Program-made: the position numbers and the translations under genes
Notes under the pieces: model-generated
What the model saw: only the letters and a program-made list of their open reading frames with translations
Databases searched by the model: none
Told to the model about the DNA's origin: nothing
Source: Octopus vulgaris
Taxonomy: Eukaryota
NCBI GenBank assembly: GCA_951406725.2
Contig: OX597817.1
Span: forward strand, 66,154,001 to 66,218,000
Reading direction: 5' to 3'
DNA: 64,000 nucleotides
Part shown: positions 25,287 to 39,919 of the stretch, piece after piece
How the letters are laid out: the number at the start of each line of letters is the position of its first letter
Position numbering within the stretch: the first letter of the stretch is position 1

Positions 25287-25427
25287 CACCTCCTTAGAGG
25301 TGCGCAAAAATTGCGCACAGCACCCTCGTGGGATGCCATACGCGGGGTATTGGGAATAGTTTTCAACTAGCAATAACCACGCCTCGGATTTACCTCATTG
25401 GCCATGGTACCGCCTCTGCGCAAAGCT
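25287..25427 (-). ncRNA. U4: U4 snRNA, solitary copy with canonical Sm site
   Basis: nt 1-88 identical to the array copies; 3' stem-loop GCGTATGGCATCC-CACGA-GGGTGCTGTGCGC; Sm site AATTTTTG; hairpin CACCTC-TAAG-GAGGTG; 3'-box-like gtaataataga. Confidence 0.95.
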
Positions 25428-25478
25428 ACCGATACAGTGAAATTGACATATATTTAGCCTTATACTAAAATGTATTAT

Positions 25479-25518
25479 TCACTGGCGTTAGCTATCAGCT
25501 TTTTGTTTATTATTAATT
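25479..25518 (-). promoter_or_regulatory. Putative PSE of the solitary U4
   Basis: aattaataataaacaaaaagctgatagctaacgccagtga at -91 to -52, matching the array element in sequence and spacing. Confidence 0.55.
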
Positions 25519-26873
25519 GCCATCAATTGTTTGCTAAAATATTAATATTGTTTCAATAATAAATCTTTATTTCCAATAGTTTTGTCTTATGCAACAATAT
25601 TTTACTGTTATTAAAGAACATTTTCATAATCATTTACAGAAATTAATCACCACCAACCCATTTTTTGAGACCGTTAAGTGGGGATGAAGGGGAGGGAAGA
25701 GGAAGTGAAAGGGGCTAACTTCCTGTTGTTTATAAGTTCTAACAAAATATTAGCCGGCAATCTTTCGTTTGTAGAAAGATCGCCTATTAGCCTTTAATTA
25801 CAAGAGGAAAATGTATAAAGAATAACCGCTTGACACTGCTAAGAATAAATTAAAACTACATATATATATATATATAAATATTTATGATTTTGATAACGTA
25901 CTTTACAGAAATTGATAAACTTATGTTTTAACATTCAATCGCCGGTGACATAGGTGATGAGCGAAATGTCAATTTAATTTAGTGGGACTAAAGAAGAATG
26001 TTTATACACATATTTAAGAAAAAGTAAGAGAAATACATCTTTAGAAATTTAATATTGTCGTTCAGCCGGAACCGCTCAGAATTTCGAGAACTTATATTAT
26101 AGAAGGGAGAGAACTCTTGTTAGGAATACAATTTCGTTAAACTTAAAAGACTTGTTTTGTTTTGTAACCCGGATCAGCTCTGGTCGAAAAGACTTCTAAT
26201 CGAGAACATTCTTCTGAACCCATAATGTTTCTTTTTAATGTTATTTTTTCGCGCCTGTGTTTTTAGGACTAGACGTTATTGGAGTTTAACGTACCAGTTT
26301 CACTTTTTCAAACATTAGTGTCAGTTTTTTTAGTGTAAGAGGAAGATATTTTCCTTGCGGCGAAAAAAACTTTTATTTTTTTACATAAGTAATGAGAGCG
26401 AAAGAGACTAAGAGGATGCGATTTTATGACGAGGAAATTTCTCTTTGAAGTCCCCGTGTGTGTGTTTGATGGGGTGTGGGAGACAGACAGTATGTTGTGT
26501 AAGTGAAGTGCTTCTGTTAGTGTGTGCGAAGAGACAGAGAGTGTAATGTGTGAAAGAGAGATAACTGAAATTTTTTACTCGGTGTATGTGTATATGTATG
26601 TCTGCATGTATGTGTGTGTGTATGTATCTATGTGTGTGTGTGTGTATGTATGTGTGTGTGTATGTATCTATGTATGTATGGACGATTCAGTGTTTACATT
26701 TTTTACGAAATCGAAAAACAAGTTTAGGCGGTATTTGTCATATCGATAATTCTAAATAAATAAAAGAAATTATTGGTCAGTGCTTGACCAACGTATTTAC
26801 AAAAAATCTTGGCATAACTAGATGTGTAGTCCCTCCCCCACAACTATTTTGCCTCATAACGTCCAGGAAAACG

Positions 26874-28400
26874 GATACTTTTTAACGACATTTAAAACAA
26901 ATACCACTTAGATGCTGTGGATTCAGAGTATATAGCTATTTATTGGAAATAATTTTTCCGAAAGGGTGAGGAGAAGAAAATTCACACGCTCTGACTCCTC
27001 CCCCCCCTCATAACTTTCAGGAAAACGGTTATCTTTTAATGAAATTTTATACAAATACCTTTCAAACGGCATAGATTACAATTATAAAGAAATTTGTGAG
27101 GAATTTTTTTTCCGAGGGGATGAGGAGAGGAGTTTCGGATTAGGAAGACCAAATAGGTTGAAACTACTCCGTTTAAATAATAATTTTCCCCCCATTTTTT
27201 ATTTAACCACACCATTCGAAATGATGGGTGGGGGAATATCTTTTTATGAAAAAAAAAGTTTTGAATTTTTTTTTTTTTTTTTACAATTCCCCCACCCTCA
27301 TCCTCATCATCCCACTCCGGATTGATTTTTGGCCAGCTTTTTTGCACTTAAAAACCATGGGAGGAGTCTTTTCGATAAAAAAAAAAAAACATTAAAAAAA
27401 TTAATATTTTCAGAGGAAAAAGCTATTTAAAGGAGATTTGGCTGTTGTTTCTAACACATCTCAGACAACCCCCCACCTCGCTTTAAATGCTATAAAAAAA
27501 AAAGAATTTTTTGCAACCCCCACTTCTTGCCTGTCATTGTTTCTGCTTATAATTTAAAATATTGTAGAGACTGAGAAGGTTATTACTGGTATTTATCCAT
27601 AGTGATTTTTAAAAAAGAGGTATGTAAACGATAATTCATATTAATAGCACACTCTTCTGTTAGGAAATGTTCTTTCGGATCTTTTCAATTTGATGGTCAG
27701 AAGATCCTTTTTTTTTCTTACGCACACACACAGCTTCGCTTGATTGAGGTGGGGGTAAAAATTTAAATTACAATTTTTTGTTGTTGTTGCTTATATCCCA
27801 CCAATGGATCATGCATTTGTTAACTTGGGCATCATCATTCCATAAAATGTGTTTAATGGGAGAAAAATATTTGAAAAACATCAATACATTTGAGAGGTGA
27901 AAGCGGAGGGTAGTTTGGGATGTGCTAGAAACAACAGCCAGTTTGGGATGTGAATAGAAGGTTTTTAATTTTTAAAAAATGGCCAAAGTCGGTCTGGAAT
28001 GGACTGGTGAAGAATGGAGGTGAAAAAATTTTCAAAACTTTTTTTCATAAAAAGATGCTTCCCCCCGACCATTTCGAAGGCTGTGAGGAAATAAAAAACA
28101 GTGTAGTTCCAACTTAATTGGTCTTCCTAATCCGAAACTCCTCTCCTCACACCTTCGGAAAAAATTTTCTCCACACATTTCTTTATAATCGTAATCTATG
28201 CCGTTTGAAAGGTATTTGTATAAAATTTCATTTAAATATAACCATTTTCCTGAAGGTTATGCGGGAGAAAAGTCAGATTGTGTGAATTGTCTGAAACTCT
28301 TTTCCCCACTCCTCAGAAAAATTCTTTCCCATAAATCCTTATATACTTTGAATCTACAGCATCTAAGTGGCCTTTGTTGAAAATGACGTTAAAAAATATC
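26874..28400. repeat. Large imperfect inverted repeat (arms ~26874-27342 and ~27974-28400)
   Basis: For example, aaatacctttcaaacggcatagattac pairs with gtaatctatgccgtttgaaaggtattt, and gaggagaggagtttcggattaggaagacc with ggtcttcctaatccgaaactcctctcctc. Confidence 0.8.
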
Positions 28401-28700
28401 TCTATATCTATAAATGGCAAAATGTCTGTTTTTTGATTGGACGGAGATAATTTTACACCTGACAGCTGGATGTACTTGTGCATTTGCAGACAGTCTGTAT
28501 GACTGCGCATTTTTGTGTTTTGCGAAGAAGTGTTGTTATCATGTGTTTTGGCTTTCAAACGTGCATGCTTTTTGGATTTGAGAAATACAGGGAATAATTA
28601 ACGAGTTAGGCCAAGTGAATGACGAGAGAGAGGGATTTTCATGAAAGACCAAATATGCTTGACTAGCACTAGACCCGACAGCGCCGGGTCATAGTGCTAG
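28399..28700 (+). mobile_element. Non-autonomous Helitron
   Basis: A|TC 5' end; subterminal hairpin cccg..cggg; CTAG|T 3' end. Confidence 0.7.
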
Positions 28701-30927
28701 TCTTATATATCTAGGACTGCATTCTCCAGTACATCCTGTTTTTGAAGGCAATATGGTGTGAATTGAAAGAAATTTGAGTGTTATTTCTAGACAGTAGAGC
28801 TGCCCCTCATTTTTTGTTGCCTTTGTTGTTGGGTAGCCCTTATTACCTCTTCTGGATTTCAAATGTTTGAAGGTAGCTATTCAAAAAGAAAACAAATACA
28901 TTCATATGATGTTTTCTAATTATCCTATGTTTATTAAGTTTATTAAGAGCTTATATGTTATAGCATTTAGAGTTTCAAATGTAATCTCCTATTTTAAAGA
29001 CAGTAAGGAGCTTGTTGATAAGAAATTTTTGTGGGTGCCACTTCATACATGGTAAACAAATAAATAGAAGTTCTCTTGTTAAATTGTGCATCACTAAATT
29101 TGGTTAGGCTTAACTTTGAATGACATTTGTTTAAACATCATCTAGTTTAACACCATAATGCAATCATTGCATGCATTTAGCAGACTTCATTCTGTAGCAA
29201 GCATTCAGAATAATGCAAATTATCATAGCTCCCTTTCAAGCCCCCTTTTTGTTTTCCAGCAGATATCAACTCTCAGATGGTTGACTTGTGCATTATCTGC
29301 ATCAATCTTACCATTCCAGTCAAAGGCATTGCTAACATTAGTTAATTTCTAGTTATTTTTTCATGTAGACTTATTCTATCACCCAGTTTAACACCATTTT
29401 GTAGAACTACAGTAGATGGCTTTAGCAAAATCTATTCTGTAGTCAGCATTTGTGCCAGGTCTTAAATTTGAGAATACCTTCTTCTCCATTCCCATCAGTT
29501 TTGGAGGCCTTGCAAAGGGTCATGGACGCTGCCGTTTCTTCTGATTAAAATATATATTTAAAAAATGTCCTTTTATTTTTCTGCTGAGATCAACTTTGTT
29601 TCATCCTTTTAGAGTTAGTAAAATAAGTAACAATCAAGTATTTGAATAAACTAAATTGCCTATACCCTCCCTTTAAAATTTAGGGCCTTGTGTCTATGTT
29701 AAAAATCAATATGAATTATTTCTGAATTAGAAATCTGTACATCTGTGTAAATTTCCAATAACATTGTTCTTCCTTCCAAGTTAAAACCAATTTGTATCTC
29801 TTAAATAACCAACACACTTGGCAAATCCATGGACATCTCAAATTCCCAATTTCCTCCTGTTAACCCTTTGCCTGTTCAAAGCATTTTCATAAGTTTGTCT
29901 TAAATGTCCATGCTTGTTTTCGGACTTTTAGTTAACCTTTATTTCATATGTTGTAGGTAATATAAAGATCTCCTTTCATAAGTCCTCAGTTACTCTGATG
30001 ATCAATAAATAGTGAATATGTATCATATATGATGCAGAGACACCAGGAAAGTATTTCCTGTGTATCACATGTGATATACAGGACAGGCAAACGGTTAAAA
30101 GTCTACAGAAACAATTTTTATTCATAAAACTCTGAATTCTTAAAAAATCCGAATTATGTCAGACATGTTTGGAGATAGGTCAGCTGACTTTAACTACACT
30201 GGACAACTTCTGGAGAAAGGGGGGTTGTCAAATTAATAGCATTAATAATTTTATATCAAAACTTTCCATTTGTCAGCGCAGTGTCTTTATGTGTGTGCAT
30301 GCTCACACTTGAATGGGACACATAATATCAAAATAGTTATCTATCCTGATATTTCTCAGCTGTTCTTTCTTCTTTAGCTTGCTAAGTGTCATTAGTCACT
30401 CACTGTAATTTATATTGTGTAAGAGATATTAACATTGAATTGTTGTCACACTTTTCTGAAAGTGTTGTCTTATTTTTTGCATGTGTGTGTGTGTGATCAT
30501 CATCATTTAACATTTGTTTTCCATGCTGGCATGGCTTAGGCGGTTTGACTAAAACTGTTAAGCCAGAGATAGTGGCGGCTCATGTATTGGCACTGTGCAA
30601 CTGCAGCACCCCCTATTTCCATTCAATATAATGAGTCCTTTTTTCTTTAATCCTTTCTTTATACTTGTACATTATATAACCCTTAAGCTTAATGTTAGTA
30701 GCCATCCCCTAGTTTATGAAAAAAATACAAAAATCCTTGTATAGAACTGTGCATTTCACAATTCCAGCGACATGGTGTTTGGCTGTTGTGCACATGTTCA
30801 CATGTCTGAGATAAGAAGCTTCATGCTAGGGAGAGAGAGCACTGCATGAACAACAGTACTGACCCCATGTGTGTTATGCTTAAAAATGTGTTTATATTCT
30901 TGAATATAATAATGTGTAGGATTAGAT

Positions 30928-31560
30928 CAGGGGTGGGCGAACTTTTTTGATCGCGGGCCGTACAGTGCGTCTTTGGAACCTTGGCGGGCCTCATTTATAA
31001 AAATCAAGTGAAAATATTTTTAAAGGCGGTTATAGACCTATAAACATACAATTGATTGAAAGGAAATTTTGTGAAATATTCCTGGTTTAAGTGATTTAAT
31101 TTATTTTTTAGAGTATCAGGTTCATGTTTTTCGGTTATTTGCTCCTATAGTTGAAATTATTACAGGAACCTCGGTTATTTTGGACAGCCTGTTATTGCTT
31201 ACAAATTGCCAGGAACGGAATTTTCCTAGTAAAATCTGCACTAATTGTGGACAACCACCTCTTAATATTATGGACAACCATATCTTCACCCGGAAATGGA
31301 TTTTATTATGATGTCATGGGAATATTTCTCGAAATTTTTCATCGCTTCACAGTAGCTGAAACAAACAAACAGCGGACAATTTTGTGAAGGCGCAAAACAG
31401 TGAACTGAAATAAAATGCAAACTATTGTTAATTACCGTACAACTGAAACAGTTACGAAGTATCTGCATGGAAGTTGGGATTCATAAAAGCTCTCGGCGGG
31501 CCGCATGAAAACCTATGGCAGGCCGCATGCGGCCCGCGGGCCGTAGTTTGCCCACCCCTG
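30928..31560. mobile_element. hAT-type MITE
   Basis: TIR caggggtgggcgaac / gtttgcccacccctg; perfect 8-bp TSD gattagat. Confidence 0.92.
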
Positions 31561-31839
31561 GATTAGATTATTATCCTACTTCCTGCTTCAGTGTTGCTGC
31601 CAGGATTTAAAAAATAGGGCACATTTCCCCACTTTATTTTGTGATTTAGAGGGGATTTTTGAAAAACAAGTGGGAATTTGTAGTGGTGTTCAGTGAACAA
31701 ATTAAATACACTACTCAGCAGTGGCTAAAATGCGGACAGATCAAGTTTATATATAAATTTTCTTTTTATATGTTTGTTTCTTTTTACACAATATCAAAAC
31801 AGTGGCTTAAAATTTTCTGAAGCAGCACTCCTACTAATT

Positions 31840-32036
31840 TTACCTACAAGCAACACCTTTATCTTTGTAGCAGTAGTCTATGGTGCTGTTATGCCAGTCA
31901 TTGGGTATGACTCCATCATGAACTAACTGTTTTACAATACGGGTGACTAGGCCATAGCCCACACCACCAGATGTTTTAAGCATCTCAGCGATGATTCCTG
32001 ATGGGCCAGGGGCTTTTCCTGGCTTCATATCCTCAA
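31840..32036 (-). mobile_element. LINE (RTE-like) RT fragment
   Basis: MKPGKAPGPSGIIAEMLK...IPNDW..S....YK.KG, an RT domain-0 motif. Confidence 0.7.
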
Positions 32037-32307
32037 GTCCTATACAATAATAATATTTTATAGAGCTTGAGATGTTTGCCTTGCCTGAATGTTTGTTGTC
32101 TTCTTTAACAACTATTTATACATCATTAGCAAATCATACATCCAAAAGAAAAGCACACTAAGTTAGAGAGCAGTAGAGTAGTCAGATGAAGATAATTATG
32201 GCTGGTCTATGGTGTTACCTAGGATTTCATGTCCATAAAGCGTTTAAGCCCTGAGCCAATCAAAACCTTGTGAATGAATTTGAGAATTGGAAACTGAAAG
32301 AAGCCTG

Positions 32308-32344
<37 letters not shown>

Positions 32345-33368
32345 ACAGGTTTCTTTCAGTTTGTATGTATGTAAGCAATAAATGGTAACCACAGGTGAGG
32401 GCATGGTCAATAGTAAATATCAATATTTAGGGTGAAGGTGAAGGAAATAGAAGAGGGTTAGAGAAGAGGAGTTGATAGATGGCAATGCATAAAAAGGAGC
32501 TGGAGAGCAACGGTGTAATAAAATGTAGACTGATGAGAAATAATGGGATAATGTGAAATGCATGTAGTGAGGAGGGATGCACAGTGATTGAGACAGAGGT
32601 CAGAGGTATGTAGGGTTGAAAATAATGAATGATGAACATAGATGGGAGTGGTATCAGTAGTAGATATGACAATGTACTGAGGAAATGAGGAAATATAACT
32701 CTGCATAGAAACAAGTTAGGGTTAGTGACAGAAAAGTTATCCAGCTCTAGGAAATTTGCCTCAATGAACTCCATCTGACCCATACAAGCATGGAAAAGTG
32801 GACATAAAACAATGATGATGTAGTAGTTCAATTCATGTTAATGATCACAACCAGACAAAGACCATAAAGTCTAGATTTTAAGAGAAAATTTACTTAGAAA
32901 ATTGAAGGTATTTATAATGATTCTTTTTCCCTAACTTTCATGTGGAAAAAGTCTTTTCACATTTTGATTCTGTTTCTCTTTAATCCTCTTTTAAAACTCT
33001 TGCATAATTACAAATGTATCTACAGTTCTTAGTTGTTTCTGAAACACTAAGGTAGTGGGTAACCAACTGAGAAGTCAACTGTTTATTTCATATTATTGGT
33101 GTTGTCTATGGTCAAACTGATAGGTTACTGGACAACCAATTGTGAGGTCAGTGGTTTATACTATTCTCCCTGTGTTGTGTTTGTGGTTAATGCCTAAACA
33201 GTTGAAAGGTCAAACAAATTGAGCTCAGTACTTATGTTTTCCAAAGCCTTGTACTTATTCTATCAGTGACTTTTTGCCAAACCTCCAAGTCACAAGGATT
33301 TAAAAACAAACCAAGTGGTAGTGGGGAATAAACACAAAGACACACACACACACAGATATCCATATTCA

Positions 33369-34175
33369 TCTCTCGATATATAAACGGCAGTTTGTCTGTC
33401 TGTGTGTCTGTCAGGTTGTACCCTCACCCTGACCACGGCTTTCAACCGATTCTGATGAAACTTGACACACACATAGCCCAATGTCATAATTCAAAACTAA
33501 CGCAGCGAAAATTTTGAAAAGTTCCCCCAGTTCTGAAAAAAAATCGATAAATTCGACATGGGTCGAGAATCTAAGCTTTTTATAAGCAACACATTTTCTA
33601 CAGACTGTCTAGGGGACGCAACTCGACCTTTTTAACTCTCGGAACATGTGGGGTAAGTATCCCAAAATGTATAAAAATGTACAAAAATGGCAAAAAAGCG
33701 GGCAGCAATGTGAGTGACAACAACGAAAAAGTCAAAAGTGACCAAACTGAACAAACGAATAGAAAAGGTTTTTTGGTACACACGACAAAAGCGGTTTATA
33801 ATAAACCAAGAATTTGCAAGTAGCATCCGAGGACCCTTAGGGTACGTCAAAAATTTAAGGTAAAACGTTTGGGATGGTAGTTATAAAGAAAGTTTAAACA
33901 AAAAGAGTATTCGAATAACTTGCAGCTGCAGCAGCTATTAGCAGAAGTGGCGGTGTTGGGGGTAAAGTCTCAAATGTAATTTCTTCCTGGTAGGAATTGA
34001 TTGGGTTGAATTATAGTTATTTTGATAGCTGTTTGATAGTTATTTGGGAGTGAAGAGAAGATATTGCAACCTACACATGTGCCTTCGTTCCCTAGAGGGA
34101 AAGGACTAGATTGGGATTATTCATTGCCTACTAGGGGCTCTTACATACCCGGGCAACACTGGGCTATGCTGCTAG
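33369..34175 (+). mobile_element. Non-autonomous Helitron
   Basis: A|TCTCTCGATATATAAACGGC 5' end; cccgggcaacactggg hairpin; CTAG|T end. Confidence 0.75.
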
Positions 34176-34199
34176 TATATATATATATTCACACACTGA

Positions 34200-34353
34200 A
34201 CAGGCTACTTTCAGTTTCCATCTACCAAATCCACTCACAAGGCTTTGGTTAGACTGGGGTTATAGAAGAAGACACCTGTCCAAGGTGCCATGCAGTGGGA
34301 CTGAACCAGAAGCATGTGGTTGGAAAGCAAATTGCTTACTACACAACCATGCT
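34200..34353 (-). mobile_element. tRNA-derived SINE
   Basis: Reverse strand gcatggttgtgtagtaag...ggttcagtcccactgcatggcaccttggacaggtgtcttc; relatives near 55325-55405, 55830-55970 and 56650-56755. Confidence 0.65.
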
Positions 34354-36590
34354 GCATGTGTGTGTGTGTTTGTATGTATACATTTTTAAGCCACTGTAGC
34401 CAACCTAACAAATAGCCTATTTTAAGTTTAGGTCTATATGAGCAATCTTACTATAATGATGATAGCTTTTCCTTGGGGGAAAGTAAAAGCTTAGCTTTTA
34501 CTGCTGCAGGTACAAAACAACTACTGCTGCTGTAAAGCTGTTGGATATTACTTATGTAATTGGAGATAATGAATGACGTAAAAGAGTTGTTATTATTGCT
34601 GCTACTACTATTACAGCTAATCTATAGGCACATCAATCCTTAACCAAAAAATTATTTTCATTGGTTGGTTTCCTGGTTATTTTTATTTCATTCTTTGGTC
34701 TAAGGAAGAAGAACCTGGATCATAACCATTTCAGGCTTTCTTAGACTGTGAAGTAATTGTTGCTATTTAGACCCAGAGTAATTCTGAGTTAGCAAATATG
34801 TGATCAAAATCATTCTAGCTGTGACCATCCAATCTTTTTTATAGGAATAATGTATCCTTATCTTTTTTATCTACTCCATGCATTTGTGAACAACAGCCTT
34901 GTTGGCCATTTGAGCTGGAAAAAAATTGTGTTATGGAGTTACACTATTTAATGTATTCTTCCTCTTTGAAGATTCAGTGTGATTTGGGGAAATTTGACTG
35001 TTTTTTTCTAGCAGGTCATGCAACAAAAGAGGTTCCTTGTTGGCTTGTTGTTGATGTTTAGCTCCAGGTGAGCCTTGATCAATTAGTCCTGTAATCAGGA
35101 AGATGGATACAGTTGGTGTTCCAACTATAACCATCCTTCTTTTAGTTAGGTATACTGCATATAAGACTTCATTACATATTGCCAGATGTTAACCTTTGAC
35201 AGAGTGAGAGTTAAGGGAGATTTAGTTGCTATTTCTAGCAAGTTGAATAAATGCATAGAGACTCTTTTTAACTTTGGAAGTTTAGAGAAAATATAGGCAA
35301 GGAGAGTGCTTGGGAGAAGAATGGTTTAGTGAAATGCTTAGTGCAAAATTTACAGTGAAGAGAAATATGACCTGATAAGAATGATGAGAAGGAGAAAGGC
35401 TAGTTGATCAGGTGGGCCTAGGCAAGGCCTGATGGACCTTGGCTGTTCACATGTCCAGGTCAGAGGAAGCAAAGCATTTTCACATTGTAACACATCAATA
35501 GCTTTTCTCTTTAGAGCAATAAAATACTGCACTACTAGTTAATTTTGATCTTATGCAAATTTCAAACCTGCATCGGAGTACTGCTTACATATCTGAGATG
35601 GTACTGCTCTCTCTCTCTCTCTCACTCACACACACATACAAAGGTTTTAGATTACATCCAAAAGAAAGCTAACTGACTGACTGGTTAAGATTTACTCACC
35701 ACAACCACTAGACATAGATGTGCTGCATACTTTCTACAGGCAGAGAAGACAAGTAGGAAATTCTATCTCACAGTGAACTTACATTAATTTTCTGTAGTTG
35801 AAATCTTCAATAACAGAAGAAACTTGAAAAACATTTGATAAAAAGAGAATATTTTGAAAATTAGAATTTGTAAGAACTTTGTAAGCAGCATAGACTTTAA
35901 TAATTGCTTTCTTTTAGTAAAAATTACATACTCCAAACTAATTAATAAGCAGCTTTCATACAATACAGCTGCACCAGCTGATGATTGAAAATGCAATAAA
36001 ACACTGTTTTTCACACTCAAGTTATTGACAGAAATCAATTAAGTTACTAGATATCAAATACATTTGATTACCCTCAAACATATTAATTACATTCAATTAT
36101 CAAACATAGCAATAAACAAACAGTATGTATATATATATGTATTTGTGTATATATATATATATATATATATGAGACCAAACATGTACGCTGTTGTTTGTAT
36201 TTGTAATTGTGTACCATTTCTTCATTTTTTTGTCCTTATTTTTGTATACATTCGCTTGATTTCTACCAAAGAATCTAGTGCTCTTAGCTTAGATTTTCTT
36301 CTTGAGTGTAACTGGCTGAAACTGCAATGACGATCTAGAACTCAACTGAAGATAGTAGGCTCCGAATGACCCGTCCTTGTTTTTCCTGTCCTTTTTATAT
36401 TGTCTAACTGTCTGCATGTTTTATATATATATATATATATATACTTTATAATAAGAGCTGCAAAAACATCACAAAAAACTGCTATGCAGAGTTTTACGTT
36501 TCCGTTCATTGGGCAGTTGTGATCCACTGTGTGTGTGTGTATGTACATGTGTGTATCTGTATGTATGTATATATCTTTTATATTTTTATC

Positions 36591-36775
36591 TTTTGCTTAT
36601 TTCAGTCATTAGACTGCAGCCAAGCTGGGGCACCACCTTGAATTTTTTTTAATAGAATGAATCGACCCTGGTACTTATTCTATCGATCTCTTTTGCCGAA
36701 CTGCTAAGTTATGGGGATGCAAGCACATCAACACTGGTTCACAAGTGGTGATGGGGAGACAAACACAGACACAAA
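36591..36775 (-). mobile_element. SINE copy (same family as 22823)
   Basis: Reverse-complement match to the 22823-22999 element. Confidence 0.65.
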
Positions 36776-36885
36776 GAAACACATGTGCACATGTGAGTGT
36801 ATGCAGGGTGTGTAAGGTATTTGAGGACATACCTTTTTTCATCACTGCATGTTTGTGTATACATATACATACATACATATATATG

Positions 36886-36942
<57 letters not shown>

Positions 36943-36958
36943 CACACATACACACATG

Positions 36959-38169
36959 CTGGGCCATCCCATAAATAATGCGGTTTTTTAATTGCATGAA
37001 CTAAAATCGGAGAGAGTCAGGATAAATGACCTGCATCAACTTGCTATAAAAGCAGGTAGTAATTTTACATTGTGCTTATTCTTAGTGCAAATTTTGAAGA
37101 GTGCAGTTCGATTTTAACAGTTATTTTTTCGAAGCTATAATGGAAGTGACAAAGGAGCATATTCGGCATATTTTGCTTCATGAATTCAATAATGGCAACA
37201 ACGCAACGCAAGTACGAGGAATATTAATGCAGTATATGGGGATCGGACAATTAGCGTAAGCCAGTGTCAACGGTGGTTTCAGAAAGTCTGAGCCGGAAAC
37301 TACTGCCTAGAAGATGAGCCTTGTCCTGCAGGGCTTGACGAGGGTGTCCTGCAAACCCCGGTGAAACAATTCTATCGAAACTGTTGAGGAACTAGGATAG
37401 AAGCTTGGATTTGTTCATTCAACCATTCATTGACACCTGCGTGCCATCGGAAAAGTCAGCAAATTGAGTCAATGAGTTCCTCACAAACTTCCCGGGTCTA
37501 ATTGTGCGCAGAGAGTGAATGTGTACTCTTCTTTGCTGTCACGTCTCACAAATGGACCGAATAGTGACTAGTGACAAGAAATGAGTTCTCTATAAAAATG
37601 TCAAGCGCCGAAGACAGTGGATAGAGAAAAGAGAAACAGCAGCATCCCAAGCTAAAGAAAGTCTTCACCCACATCAGGTGTTGTTATCTGTTTGGTGAGA
37701 TATGAAAGGTTTAGTTCACTTTGAACTTTTAAACCTAAACCACACGATAGCAAAAGATATCTACTGCGAGCAGCTTGAGCGGCTTAAGTCAGCGCTAGAA
37801 GAAAAGCGACCATCTTCGGTTTCATAACGAAAAGTGTTCTTCCATCAGGATAATACTTGACCACATACAGCGAGGATGACGTTCCAAAGTCTGGAGCCGT
37901 TTGAATGGACACTGCCTCGTCTGATTGTCATTTATTCCGCAGTCTTCAAAATCATTTCGATGGAAAAAATATGAATTCTGTAGACGAGGTCAGAACAGTA
38001 CTGGAGGAGTATTTTTCATCATGGACATGTGACTTTTGGAAGAGGGGCCTTGCAAGTCTACCAGAAAGATAGAAGAGTATATTTTAGATTAAAAAAGAAC
38101 TTTGTTCATCTTAATTTTAAAAAATAAAAGAAGTATAAAGAAAACCGCATTATTTATGGGATGACCCAA
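36959..38169 (+). mobile_element. Mariner transposon, full length, transposase pseudogene (~37140-38075)
   Basis: TIR tgggccatcccataaataatgcggtttt / aaaaccgcattatttatgggatgaccca, with TA on the right; MEVTKEHIRHILL, IVTSDK, LHPHQVLLSVW and HQDN..PHTA motifs broken by stops. Confidence 0.9.
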
Positions 38170-38615
38170 TATATATGTATATATATATAGACATACATAC
38201 ATAGGTAGCGATTTTCTTCACTACTTCAGGGAGTGACGCCCCTGCCTGACACGAGTCCCGGGCTCAGCTGGCTCCGGCTGACAGTAACCGGTATGGATCC
38301 ATATCCAGGGTTACGGAAAGGAGACAACCTTCAGAGAAATCCGGAGTGGAGCCCCGTAGGCAGTTTAGTATTTAACTCGACACTCTTCCGGCAGCTCCTT
38401 CAACCAAACTGGTGCCAACTGTAATGCCCTGCACTCCTTTGGGCTACGTCAGAAAAGTCGAGAGAAGAATCCTGACGATTGGGCTACCCAGGATTTTCTT
38501 ACATCTAGCGCAAAACTGGAGAGGACATGAAATGTAAAAACCAGACGGGATTAGTTTATGCGCAACTCCATTGCCTCCCGAGACAAAAGGATGCCAACAT
38601 ACATACATACATACA

Positions 38616-38653
<38 letters not shown>

Positions 38654-38819
38654 ATCTCTATATATCAGCTTTTAATTGTTTCAGGCATTAAACTGCGGCC
38701 ATGCTGGGGCACCGCCTTGAAGAATTTGAGTCGAACGAATCGACCCCAGCACTTACTATTTTAAAGCCTGGTACTTATTCTTTTTGTCGAACGACTAAGG
38801 TACGGGTACGTAAACATAC

Positions 38820-39919
38820 TGTTACGCCGTGCGCTCACTCAGGACCCTAAGACCCTAGGCCTTCCTGACTCCTACCACGGGCCCTAAGTCGCGACGACGA
38901 CGCTCAGTCAAATCGGAAGTCCACCACAGAAAACGGTGGATAAAAAGCGGCGAATGCAAGCCAGAAACCGACACAACAACAACAAAAGAGAGAGAGTCAG
39001 CGGGAGTTGCATAATTTAACAGTTTTTAACTTCACAAAATCAAAACATTTCAAAACAAAAGCATTTAACTACAAAGGTTAACAAACATTTGACAGATCAT
39101 ACACAGAGTTCGGAAAACAATCAAATCGCATTTGGACATAACACAATTCGAGTAACAATCAAATACATTTAAACATAGTACAACTGTTCGATTTTTCTAA
39201 ACAAATCAATTAACATGCAACACAATACGGAGTTCGGAAAACAATCAAAACAAATAGTCTTTCTCTTTCCTTTCTTTTAAAAACAGTCTCTTTCTCTTTC
39301 CTTTTCTCCTCCTTCTAACACAATGTTCTTTTTCTTCTAACACAGAGAGTTCGTTCTCAAAGATTTCTTTTCTCTCACTTCTTCTAACACATTTTACAGT
39401 TCTTTTTCTCTTTCTAAACATCAGAATTCAAAACACAAATCAAAATATTACCGGCAACATTTTCTGCACCTCACAACTCCTACTACAAATCGTCATCTTT
39501 GTCACTGACCGTCTCTCGTCCTCGTCATCTCAAACTACACCTGTCTGTCTCTGGCCGTCATCATCTCTAACTCACTGCCTGTCTTCCTCGCTTTGCCGTT
39601 GCCTTTCGCCATCTCCACCATCTCCCTTGTCCGTTCCTCTCACACCTCTGGCTAGCTGTCACGCATCGACTGACTGTCTCTTCCCAACTGAACTCCTAAC
39701 ACCAATGCCCGTCGCCTTTTTAGAGGGTGGCATTTTTATTTTTTTATCAACTCTCCGTGACCGTGTTGGGATCAAGTATCACTTCCTAAGCTCATTAGTT
39801 ACTGTGGCCGTTGACAGGACAAAGAAGATTCCATCGTCCTGAACAACCGGAGCGCCGGTTCAACTCCAACCAACGGAACAAGGGACACAATGTTTTTCTG
39901 TTTATTTACCTCCGTAACA
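38820..39919. mobile_element. 1.1-kb solo LTR inserted in a SINE
   Basis: TGTTACG...CGTAACA termini; 4-bp TSD atac; the SINE continues on both sides. Confidence 0.82.

Noticed and set aside
38205-38595. GC-rich island that might be a structured RNA
   Set aside because: Looks like a LINE 5'UTR fragment between microsatellites; I could not establish a fold
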